From: Basidiobolus meristosporus CBS 931.73
Lineage: Eukaryota > Fungi > Basidiobolomycota
Assembly (NCBI GenBank): GCA_002104905.1
Contig: MCFE01000422.1
Location: 14,049-78,048 of the forward strand
Length of the DNA: 64,000 bases
Direction of reading: 5' to 3'
In this document: in pieces, positions 51,419 to 61,849 of the stretch
Layout: each line of letters begins with the position of its first letter
Numbering within the stretch: position 1 is the stretch's first letter
The notes under the pieces: generated by a model
What the model was told of the DNA's origin: nothing
What the model saw: only the letters and a program-made list of their open reading frames with translations
Database searches by the model: none
Position numbers and translations under genes: made by a program

Positions 51419-54151
51419 ATGTCTTCCAAGTCTAAGAATGACATTATCCTTGTCCCTGAAGGTTACTCTATGGCCGACTGCATCCTGGGAGAGCTCCAAT
51501 GTTACTCTGTTCAGCCACTTGCATGGAGTGACATTGAGTTTCTACAGACAAGTTATGGGAAAAACACTGTGGCAGAAAAAAAGCCAGTTCGATGGTACGC
51601 TATAGTCTTTCATGCCTTGATACATCCTTTCAATATTCTTCTGGTCATCCTGGCCATTTTCTCCGGGGCTACTGGAGAGATCGATACCACCATCATCATG
51701 ATTGTGATGGTAGCATTGAGCGTTGTCCTTCGATCTGTACAGGAATTCAAGTCGGAGGTGGCCGCCCAGAGTTTGAAGGAAATGGTAAACAACAAATGTA
51801 CCGTTATCCGCAAATATGCCGCCCCCGATACTAGAGATCCTCTCCTTGAAGATTTACTCAAAATTGAGCGCGGTGAGGTTGCTGAGTACGAAATCCCGTT
51901 TGAGGATATCGTTCCTGGAGATTGCATCAAGTTAAGGGCTGGTGACCTGGTCCCGGCTGATTTGCAGTTGATCTTATCCAAGGATCTTTTCATCTCGCAA
52001 GCATCGTTGACTGGAGAGGCAATGCCAGTAGAGAAATCCTCATCCGGCTTTATCCTCCCAACAAACCCGAGCACCCCTGCTGACTCTGGCGAAGATATTT
52101 ATGGCTTGTCACGGCCCGATATGTGTTTCATGGGGACCAGTGTGGTCAGTGGAACTGCCATTGGTATAGTGAAAACCATTGGAACCAATACGGTGTTTGG
52201 AGTAATGGCGAAGCAGTTGATTGCACAGCGTCCAATTAATGCCTTTCAGAAAGGGATTCGAAGGATCAGTTACCTGTTTATTGGGATCATGCTCATTATG
52301 CTACCATTGGTCTTTGTCATATCAGGGATTACTAGCCATGATTGGTTGCAAGCAGCCCTCTTTGCTGCATCAGTTGCAGTTGGACTGACACCAGAAATGC
52401 TACCAATGATTGTCAATGCAAACCTGGCCCGAGGAGCATTAGTTCTGTCGAAGAAGAAGTGCATAGTCAAGAAGTTGGATTCCATTGTCAATATGGGCAG
52501 CATTGATGTGCTTTGTACTGATAAAACTGGCACATTGACGGAGGACAAGGTCTCGCTTGTGAAGCATCTAAATAGCAGTGGCCAACCCTCACTTTTCCCT
52601 CTAGAACTCGCATTCCTCAATTCAAACTTCCAAACCGGCCTGAAGAACTTGTTGGATTTTGCCGTCATCGAATACTACAATAAGAAGCCTAGTCTCTCAT
52701 TGGGCGAGTATTCCAAAGTGGATGAGATTCCGTTCGATTTCGTTCGACGCAAGATGTCCGTAGTGATTAGAGACCGGTCCAACATGGATCATCTGTTGAT
52801 TACGAAAGGTGCAGTTGATGAGATGCTGGCTTCATGCTCCCGGATCTTTGTGGGGAGCCAACCCAACTCTGACGAAGCAAGAGGTGGTATCACTTTACCC
52901 ACGGATAGTATCATTGACCTCACTGACGACCATCGGAGCGAGTTGCAGGCTTTGAATCATGAGCTAAACGATGATGGTCTTCGTGTGATAGCCGTTGCCT
53001 ACCGTGTTCTGGACAGGGATTATAAGGACCTCACTACTGCCCAAGAAACAAAGATGATATTTGCAGGATATATTGCCTTCCTCGATCCGCCCAAGCCAAG
53101 CACTGCCGTTGCGATCCGCGAGCTGCGTGAATATGGGGTGACAATTAAAGTTTTGACGGGGGATGCCGCTGCCGTTTGTCGCAAGGTTTGCCAAGAGATT
53201 CAACTTCCAGTCAACTCCATTGTGACCACAACTGATCTTGAGGATGTCAGCGAGGAGCGATTCACCGAAATTGTAGAAGAGGGAACAATTTTCGCAAAGC
53301 TCACACCGATTCAGAAGGCTCAGGTAATCCGAGCGCTAAAGAAGAAAGGTCATGTTGTGGGGTTCCTGGGTGATGGTATCAACGATGCACCTGCTTTGAG
53401 GGAGAGTGATTGTGGGATATCGGTTGATACCGGAACCGACATTGCAAAGGAATCCGCAGATATCATTTTGTTGGAGAAGGATTTGATGGTCTTGGTTGAC
53501 GGAGTAATCCGAGGACGTATCACTTACGGGAACACTATCAAGTACATCAAGATGGCTATTTCATCGAACTTTGGCAACGTGTTCAGCATGTTGGTGGCAT
53601 CTATCTGGCTTCCATTTCTACCAATGCTTCCGATCCAGGTGCTAGTGCAAAACCTACTCTATGATATTTCCCAGATTGCTATCCCATGGGACAGGATGGA
53701 TCAGGATTTCTTGAACACTCCGAAATCCTGGTCAGCCAAAGGGATTATTCGGTTCATGGCCTTCATTGGGCCTATTTCATCGATCTTTGATGTGACAACC
53801 TTCATTTACATGTGGTTTTATTTTGGTTGCACCACCCCGGATGATCAAGCCCTCTTCCAATCTGGTTGGTTTGTGATTGGCCTACTCACCCAAACCCTGA
53901 TTGTACACATGATTCGAACTCCGCTGATTCCATTCATTCAGAGTCGTGCCTCACTCCCACTACTGTTATCCACATTTGCTGTTATGGTCATTGGGTTCAT
54001 AATTCCATTTACTCCCCTGAAACAGGCACTTTCCATGGTAACGCTGCCAGGAATGTACTATCCTTACTTGTTTTCGGCACTACTTGCTTATTGCTTGCTC
54101 ACCCAACTCATCAAAGCTATATATATTTGGTACTTCCGGACTTGGTTGTAA
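51419..54151 (+). CDS. mgtA: Mg2+-transporting P-type ATPase, MgtA/MgtB-like (P3B), intronless
   Basis: LTGE, AVGLTPEMLPMIV, DKTGT, KGA, FLDPPK, TGD, GDGINDAPAL, TYGNTIKYIKMAISSNFGNVFS, LFQSGWFVIGLLTQTLIVHMIRT. Confidence 0.93.
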   Translation: MSSKSKNDIILVPEGYSMADCILGELQCYSVQPLAWSDIEFLQTSYGKNTVAEKKPVRWYAIVFHALIHPFNILLVILAIFSGATGEIDTTIIMIVMVALSVVLRSVQEFKSEVAAQSLKEMVNNKCTVIRKYAAPDTRDPLLEDLLKIERGEVAEYEIPFEDIVPGDCIKLRAGDLVPADLQLILSKDLFISQASLTGEAMPVEKSSSGFILPTNPSTPADSGEDIYGLSRPDMCFMGTSVVSGTAIGIVKTIGTNTVFGVMAKQLIAQRPINAFQKGIRRISYLFIGIMLIMLPLVFVISGITSHDWLQAALFAASVAVGLTPEMLPMIVNANLARGALVLSKKKCIVKKLDSIVNMGSIDVLCTDKTGTLTEDKVSLVKHLNSSGQPSLFPLELAFLNSNFQTGLKNLLDFAVIEYYNKKPSLSLGEYSKVDEIPFDFVRRKMSVVIRDRSNMDHLLITKGAVDEMLASCSRIFVGSQPNSDEARGGITLPTDSIIDLTDDHRSELQALNHELNDDGLRVIAVAYRVLDRDYKDLTTAQETKMIFAGYIAFLDPPKPSTAVAIRELREYGVTIKVLTGDAAAVCRKVCQEIQLPVNSIVTTTDLEDVSEERFTEIVEEGTIFAKLTPIQKAQVIRALKKKGHVVGFLGDGINDAPALRESDCGISVDTGTDIAKESADIILLEKDLMVLVDGVIRGRITYGNTIKYIKMAISSNFGNVFSMLVASIWLPFLPMLPIQVLVQNLLYDISQIAIPWDRMDQDFLNTPKSWSAKGIIRFMAFIGPISSIFDVTTFIYMWFYFGCTTPDDQALFQSGWFVIGLLTQTLIVHMIRTPLIPFIQSRASLPLLLSTFAVMVIGFIIPFTPLKQALSMVTLPGMYYPYLFSALLAYCLLTQLIKAIYIWYFRTWL

Positions 54152-54487
54152 TAATCAGTGAAAATAATCCCTGATAAAGTTGATTCGCTCCAATTGGTGG
54201 TCTTTTCAAGAGGTCTTGGGCTAATCTTTTGCTGGGAAATTGGTACGCTTAAACTATATGACTTAAAAACATGAAAACAAACGATCTTTATGGAAAAATG
54301 GATGTGCTAGATTACGGTTATCCAAAGTGTCAGGTAGCTGAATAGCCACCGGATTAATTCACTTCTTCAATTAATAACTCAGTAAAAAGGTATACTCATA
54401 TCCAATGAGCTTTTAGACTATACCAACATCTATGAAGCAAAGGGGCAATTGCCAATGCTTAGGTTTAAACATCTCTTAGGGGGTGAC

Positions 54488-54837
54488 TGTTGTAAGAGTC
54501 TTGGAGATATTGGAAGTAATTTGGGAGAACAAGTAGATTATGTGCTTTTCACTTAATGATTTATTCAATGTAAAAGTAGTATTTATACTTTTACACGATC
54601 TTGGCATAACAAATACATAGAATAGGTTTAGAAAGGTCCCAAGAGCATGTGTGCAAAGTCTGGGGCTGTTTAGACAACTTATCTAATTTTCATGCTCTGG
54701 GTACCTGATATTTTGTTGAAAATATTCTAAGTAAATCCCAACAAGGAATTTGGTCAGTATTCTCTCAGATTTGTAGGTAATGATCCAAGTGACCAAGTTA
54801 GGTGAATATTTTGATGGAATTGAAAACTTTCACAACA
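54488..54837 (-). mobile_element. Solo LTR of the copia family
   Basis: TGTTG..CAACA termini; colinear with the reverse complement of 55895-56243. Flanks GTGAC and CTCAC are not a clean TSD. Confidence 0.92.
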
Positions 54838-54871
54838 CTCACACTCAACTGAATGTTCATACTGACTAGTC

Positions 54872-54912
54872 TTGGGGGGGAGCCAGTCACAAACAAGTGA
54901 AATCCTTATATC
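54872..54912 (-). mobile_element. Degenerate 3'-end fragment of a non-LTR unit (unit 0)
   Basis: TTGGGGGGGAGCCAGTCACAAACAAGTGAAATCCTTATATCA aligns with the unit D end TTAGGGGGGGGGAGACAGTCACCAACAGGTGAAATCTTTATTTCA. Confidence 0.6.
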
Positions 54913-54916
54913 AGAG

Positions 54917-55894
54917 TTAGGGGGAATGATAATCACCAAAGGGTGAAATCTTTATTTAAATCATAAATAAAGAAGCCAAGTTTGAATATGAGTATCTGGA
55001 ATGCAGAAAGCCTACAGGTTAAACTTTGACTATACTGTTTCCCAAATATCCTCAATATCAAAGTCTAGAGGAGAATGTAGCAAGACTGCTTGTTCACTGC
55101 AGTATTTCTTAAGGAAGTTTGTGACTTGAGGTGAAGGAGAGTTTTTCAACAAGCTGGTAAATCTTTTGAGGAGTTCTTTTTCCAGAGAGAATGGTACACA
55201 GAGAGGAATTTCTAAATGATGTTTGAATGTATGCACTGAGAGCTCCCAATCCAGAATATTTTAGACTTCTACTGTTAATCTTCAACAATATTCTTGTCAA
55301 GAATAACTTCTAAGAGATCCCTGGCAATGTACTGAATGTCAATAATCTTAGGCATATGGACACATAGGCCTTTGAGGTAGTTTCTGTGTTCTGATATTGG
55401 GAAACAGCCAGAATTTCTGAAATAGCAAACAGCCCAGTTGGCTGTGGGAGGAGTATCAGGGCTGACAGGGAATCTTCTTCTGGCTTTAGAGTCCACTGAC
55501 TTAGTGGACTGTCTTGATGGAAGGGCAGCTGGTTTTGGATGAGCTTGAAGTGCTTGGAAGTAGGACTGAGTACAGGTAGCAGAAGTTCCTGGTTGTTGAG
55601 GGTTTTCAGATTGACTGGATGAAGAGCTGCTTGAGGAGTTGCAAGGTAAGGAAGAAGCTGAAAGTAAAGTGGAGAGTGCTGGGTGAAGTTCAGAATGAGT
55701 TTTGAAAAGAATTTGGAACCAAGATTTCAAGATTGCATTTTCAGCTTCAAGAAGAGAAATTCTTTGTTCAAGGTAAGAAGTCTGTAAAGAGTGAAAGTTG
55801 GATAAAAACATAAAAGAAGTAAATAGTAAGTAGAAAGGAGTAGTTGGGCTGGGAGGGTTGCAAAATAGGAAAGAAGAAAAAAGAGGGTTAGGGT
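54917..55894 (-). mobile_element. Unit A: about 1 kb non-autonomous non-LTR unit carrying only an ORF1-like gene
   Basis: Shared 3' module at 54917-54978; GGGTTAGGG at its 5' end; no RT sequence between the ORF and the 3' module. Confidence 0.7.
55030..55811 (-). pseudogene. LINE ORF1-like pseudogene (coiled coil plus putative RNA-binding domain)
   Basis: LEQRISLLEAENAILK heptads, low-complexity linker, ISEHRNYLKGLCVHMPKIIDIQYIARDLLEVIL. Continues after a frameshift/stop into the 55030-55236 frame. ORF1 identity is inferred. Confidence 0.55.
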
Positions 55895-56243
55895 TGTTGT
55901 AAAAATTTGTATTTCCACCTAAATATTCACCTAACTTAGTCACTTAGATCATCACCTTCAAATCCTAGAGAATACTGACCAAATTCCTTGTTGGGATTTA
56001 CTTGGAATATTTTCACCAAAATGCCAGGTACCCAGAACATGAAAATTCTCAAAGTTGTCCAAACAGCCCCAAACTTTGCACACATGTTCTTGGGACCTTC
56101 CTTAACCTATTCTACGTGTTTGTAGTGCCAAGACCATGTAAAAGTATAAATACTACTTTTACATTCAATAAATCATTAAGTGAAAACCACATAATCTACT
56201 TGTTTTCCAAATCACTTCCAATATCTCCAAGACTCTTACAACA

Positions 56244-56255
56244 GGTTATGAGCCC
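56244..56255 (+). other. Primer-binding site GGTTATGAGCCC
   Basis: Immediately follows the 5' LTR. Complementary to the anticodon stem-loop of initiator tRNA-Met, the half-tRNA priming type known for copia and Ty5. Confidence 0.8.
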
Positions 56256-56274
56256 TGAGCTGTCACTCTCTGCA

Positions 56275-59200
56275 ATGTCTACTACTGCTATTACTGGAAT
56301 TTTTCCCTCTGCTGAAAAGCTGGATGGATCTAACTACCAAGTGTAGAAGGTGAAGATGAAGATGCTGCTACAAGAAAGAGGCCTTTGGGATATTGTCATG
56401 GGAGAAGAATGCCACCCTAAAAACGTGGGAGAGGAAGCATTAAAGTACCAGAAGAAAGAACAAAGTGTCTTTAACTGCATTTGCCTTAATGTTAAGGACA
56501 AATTGCTAATTCAATGCTCAAGAGCAAAAACGGCAAAGAATGCCTGGAAAGCATTAGAAGACACCTACCAGTCATGTTCAGCTGCCAAGCAGATGTATCT
56601 GAGACAAAAATTCTTTACTACAAAGATGCTGCCAGGAGAAGAAATGAAAAATCTAATTAACAGAATTACCCTGCTGGTAGATGAGATGGAATATGTGGGT
56701 GTAACAACTACTGATGAGGATGTGATAGTTACCATCCTGAATAGCCTGACAGACAAGTTTCAGGGCCTTGTATCAGCCCTAGAGTCCAGAACTGAAGATT
56801 TGACATTAAATTACGTATATGGAAGGCTCCTGGATGAAGAATTAAAAAAATCAAGCGCCAATAAGAAGGAAGAAGAAAATGCTTTAATAAGCAATGATAA
56901 CCAACAAAGGAGGTACCCAAAACCCTACAAAGGCAACAGCAACCTATTTTGCAACTACTGCAAAAGGAAAGGATACACATCAGACCGGTGTCTCAAGCAG
57001 AGAGATTATCAGCAAAAGAAGCCTGAATATGGAAATGCTGCAACAACTGAAGATAGACTATTCATATCTGCACTAAATATGACCACAAACAAGGATTCTC
57101 AGATGTGGTATTTTGACTCTGGAGCTTCTCAACACTTTACACACCAAAAAGAACTTTTTACCCAATATCAAGAAATTCAAATTAAGAAGGTTTTTATGGG
57201 TGACGATAGAACACTTGATGCAGTGGGAGAAGGAACTATCCAAGTAAACCTTAGAAGCAGTGAAGGAAGCCATACACTGACCTTTAAAGAAGTACTCTAT
57301 GTACCAGAAATAGCCAAGAACCTACTATCTGTAAGCAAGGCCACAGCAGAAGGACTCAGTTTCAGTTTTGACAATTCTGGATGCAGGATCACTGATCAAA
57401 ATGGTGCCCATATTGCTTTGGGCATCAGAGATCAGAATCTATACAAGTTGACTTATATTCCATCATACTTGGAAGCCAATATAAGTAACTTAAATGAAGA
57501 AACACCAATGCTTTGGCACAGGAGATTTGGACACATCAATTTTGATTATTTGTGTAAAATGATCAAAGATCAGCTAGTTTCTGGAGTGAAAATTGATCCC
57601 CCAGCTAATTTGGAGCACTGTGAAGCCTGCATATATGGGAAACAAGCCAGACAACTGTTCAAGAGCTCTGGGTTAATCAAAACTAAGAAAAAATTAGATC
57701 TGATTCACCCAGATCTGTGTGGACCTATGCAAAATTTATCCTTAGGCGGGATGAAGTATTTAATCACTTTTATTAATGATTATACAAGATACACATGGGT
57801 CTACTTCATGGAGAGAAAGGAGGAAGCTCTGTCTAAGTTCAGGGAGTTTAAAGCCATGGTGGAGAGAGAAACTGGTGAAAAAATCAAGAAAATACGCTCT
57901 GACAATGGTGGAGAATATACCTCAAAACTCTTCATCCACTTCTGCAAAATTCATGGGATAAAGCAAGAGACTACTGTACCATACTCCCCATAGCAAAATG
58001 GAGTAGCAGAACAAGCTAACAGATCAATAATTGATATGGCAAGATCTATGATCCATGATCAAAAATTATCCTATGATTTTTGGGCAAAATCAGTTGCCAC
58101 TGCTGTATATCTTAAAAATAGGAGTTATAACAGAATACTTTGTGATTCTACTCCATTTGAAGCATGGTATGGATACCAACCAAGTGCAGAACATCTAAGA
58201 ATATTTGGGTGTACAGCATATGCCAAAAAACTGGCTGGAAATCAGTCAAAATTTGAGCCAAAAAGTGTAAAATGCATATTTTTGGGCTACTGCAATGAGA
58301 GTAAGACATACAGACTCTACATTACCAAAGCAAAGAAGCTGATCAAGTCCAGGGATGTGTTGTTTGATGAAAATTCAAAATTTTCACAAAAAATGACATC
58401 AGATGATGACAAAAATTTGATCTCAAGTCCACCAATTGTCAGGATTGAATCAGAGCAAAACAATGAAAATTTTTTCACTCCAGAGGACTCTACAACTGTG
58501 GTTCAGCCAGAATCAGTGCCCAGGAATATCCCAGAAGTGATCATTCCAATGTCAAATGCCCTGAGATCCAATCAGGCAAGAAATAGCCCAAATTACTATA
58601 TTAATGAGGGTACAAACTTAGCCTATGCCTATTCAGTCCATATTGATGAGCCCCAGACTGTAAAAGAGGCCCTAAATAGCCCTCAGACAAAGTTTTGGAG
58701 ATCTGCAATGACTGAGGAATATCAGGCACTGATGGAAAATCAAACTTGGGACTTAGTCAAATTACCAATCAACCAAAAATCAGTTGGATGCAGATGGGTC
58801 TTCAAGACAAAATACAAGGCTGATGGTACAATTGAAAGATACAAAGCAAGACTTGTAGCCAAAGGATACTCTCAAACAAAAGGACTTGACTATACTGAGA
58901 CCTTTGCACCGGTAGCCAAGTTTAATTCCATCAGATTAATATTGGCTATTGCAGCCAAATATAAGTTTTTTATTCATCAAATGGATGTAAAAACTGCATT
59001 TTTGAATAAAGAACTTGATGAGGACGTGTATATGGACCAGCCAGATGGGTTTGTTGACCAAGATAACCCCCATTTGGTCTGCAAGCTTAAAAAGTCACTA
59101 TATGGTCTCAAACAATCACTGAGAGCCTGGAATTGCAAGATAGATTCTTATTTGGAATCTTTGAGTTTCAAAAGAAGTAATGCTGACTATAGTATATACT

Positions 59201-60219
59201 ATAAGCCAGATAGAGCAAATCCAGTTCTATTAGCTCTATATGTGGATGATCTTATTATAGCCACCAATAACCTAGAAACATTAGAAGAGACTAAATCCAA
59301 CCTATCTAAGGAGTTCAAGATGTCCAATCTAGGAGAACTTAGTTACTACTTAGGGATTAAGTTCTCCATAGACAGAAGTACCCAGACTATTACCCTAAGC
59401 CAATCCAAGTATATTCAAGATATACTAAAGAAGTACAAAATGGAAGACTGTAAACTGGCAGCTACCCCAATGGAGACAAACCTTAACTTGGTCAAAACTC
59501 AACCAAATCAAGAGAGCTTGGTGCCATCTGAAAGCCCTGACTTTCCTTATTAATCTATGGTTGGCATTCTGATGTATATCATGCTTGGAACACGTCCAGA
59601 TATCTCATATTCAGTGGGAGTTGTCAGCCAACATAATCACAATTATGGATCTGATCATATTGCAGCAGTTAAGCGGATTTTTAGATACCTAAAAGAAACT
59701 GCTGATATCTGCTTAAGATACACTTATAAGGATTCAGAGCAGGATCTTGTGGGATACTCTGATGCTGATTGGGGATGAAATTTGGAAGACAGATGATCCA
59801 CCACAGGATACACCTTTCTTTACTGTAAAGGAGCAATTTCACGGAATTCAAGAAAGCAACTAACCGTAGCACTTTCTACTACAGAGGCAGAGTATATGGT
59901 AGCCTGTGAAGCTACAAAAGAAGCAATGTGGTCAAGAAAGCTCCTTACAGATTTAGACCTATGTCAAAAAACGCCTATTACTTTATTTCAAGATAATCAA
60001 GGATGTATACAATTAGGTAGAAATTCAACTTTTCATGCTAGAACCAAGCACATAGATATTAGACATCATTTCACAAGTGAAGCTATAGAGAATAACTTAG
60101 TTAGCGTAGTTTACTGTCCTACAGATGAAATGATTGCAGACATATTTACCAAACCATTAGCTAGAGACAAGTTTGAATATCTTAGGTCAAAGTTAGGACT
60201 AGTCAGTATGAACATTTAG
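56275..60219 (+). pseudogene. Copia gag-pol polyprotein in one frame with 5 premature stops
   Basis: KLDGSNY, WYFDSGASQH, GAG-pre-integrase LWHRRFGH, RSDNGGEY, YKARLVAKG, HQMDVKTAFL, LYVDD, RTKHIDIRHHF. Stops at 56344, 57991, 59551, 59776 and 59794. Confidence 0.96.
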
Positions 60220-60220
60220 C

Positions 60221-60230
60221 TGAGTGGGAG
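60221..60230 (+). other. Polypurine tract TGAGTGGGAG
   Basis: Purine-rich tract abutting the 3' LTR start at 60231. Confidence 0.75.
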
Positions 60231-60581
60231 TGTTGTAAAAATTTGTATTTCCACCTAAATATTCACCTAACTTAGTCACTTAGATCATCACCTTCAAATC
60301 CTAGAGAATACTGACCAAATTCCTTGTTGGGATTTACTTGGAATATTTTCACCAAAATGCCAGGTACCCAGAACATGAAAACTAACCCTAAGTTGTCCAA
60401 ACAGCCCCAAGCTTTGCACACATGTTCTTGGGACCTTCCTTAACCTATTCTACGTGTTTGTAATGCCAAGACCATGTAAAAGTATAAATACTACTTTTAC
60501 ATTCAATAAATCATTAAGTGAAAACCACATAATCTACTTGTTCTCTAAATCACTTCCAATATCTCCAAGACTCTTACAACA

Positions 60582-60807
60582 AGGGTTAGGGGGAGGAAAG
60601 TCACCAAGTGGTGAAATCTTTATTAACTTATATCTAGTATTTAAAGAAGCCAAGTTAATCTGAAGTTATTCCTAGAAAGCTAGGCCTGAGAGATATCTTC
60701 CTGGTAAGCCAGGTCTGAGAGTTGAGAAGCTGAGTGATATTGTATTTCCTAGTTAGATAGGTCTGAGAGAGATTTTCTGGAAAGTAAGGTCTGAATAGTG
60801 AGAATCT
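60582..60807 (-). mobile_element. Unit B: short 5'-truncated non-LTR unit
   Basis: Shared 3' module (GGGTTAGGGGG..TCACCAAGTGGTGAAATCTTTATT..AAAGAAGCCA) plus about 150 bp of internally repetitive body. Confidence 0.65.
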
Positions 60808-61567
60808 GGGTTAGGGGGAGGGAAAGTCAATATGATGGTGAAATCTTTATTTGAGTCAGGAACTAATCAAAGTACAAATAAAGAAGCCAATCAAGTAGTC
60901 TAGAACCTCTCTAATAAGTAATCTAACTTATGTTTTGTTTCATCTCAAATGTTCATTTCAATAAAGTAAAGCTCATCATGGGCAAATATAAAATTCAAGG
61001 GTTCTAGAGTAAGTACAATTGCATATGTTTCTGAGCAATATAATCCAAGACTGAAACCCAGCCTGGGATTAGATGTAGTAGGAAAGGTGTGTGGACTTGT
61101 AAGTAGCTCTGCCTCATAGATCTTAGATGGTCCTGAGCCAGTAGTCTTGGTTTCTCAGCTTTTCGAAGTTTTGAAGCAAGCTCTGCTACTACAGCAGAGC
61201 CAACCAGGGTGTGCCAGCAAGAAGATTTCAGGGAGGAGTTAGATTGAAGCCATTGTTTGATGGAGGGGTTATGTGATTTCTGAAGTTTGACTAGGAAGGA
61301 AGCATGGAGATAGACCATTTGGATTTGATATGTGTAGAACCCAAAGGCTCCATTAGTTGCATGGATATAGGGAGATATTGGAAGATAAGGTACTAAGGAT
61401 CTGATACACTGATGGAGAAATTTATCCAGGTGGTGAAGTTCTCTGGAGGTGAGGGGTATAATGTGGAGACCAAATTCAAGTACTGGCAGTACATACTTGT
61501 TGTACATCAACATTTAAAACTTGGCCAATTTCACTCCATTAGAAAATCTAGTATCCTAACTGATTTT
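60808..61567 (-). mobile_element. Unit C: 5'-truncated LINE with the C-terminal part of an ORF2 (61004-61513)
   Basis: Shared 3' module. Peptide aligns with the unit D C-terminus: VLPVLEFGL/VFPVLEFGL, CIRSLVPYLP/CITSLVPHLP, GAFGF, SCWHTL/SCWRTI, HTPF. Confidence 0.85.
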
Positions 61568-61849
61568 CCCTAACCCAAACATAACTAATCCCTGTTATGA
61601 TTTATTTTATCACTTCTCAGAATCTGTTTTTAGCTGTCACACTTGATCAATATTCAAGTGGTCATTACATCCTCAACTGATCTGCTAAGCCTTTACAAAG
61701 GATTAGTCATCTGAGATCCATCCAACCACTTAGTAGTTGCTAAGACATCAGCTGATTAATGATGCAATTTCTCATTTATCTTATGCACCTATCAACACCC
61801 AAACTGAAATAGATTTCAGTTAGTCCAGTCTCTTGGCACTTACTAATTC

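Larger units (their letters stand above)
55895..60581 (+). mobile_element. Full-length Ty1/copia LTR retrotransposon, inactivated
   Basis: LTRs 55895-56243 and 60231-60581 (TG..CA), TSD AGGGT, PBS, PPT, and gag-PR-IN-RT-RH domain order. Confidence 0.98.

Noticed and set aside
54483-54842. Target-site duplication for the solo LTR
   Set aside because: Flanks GTGAC and CTCAC match at only 3 of 5 positions.
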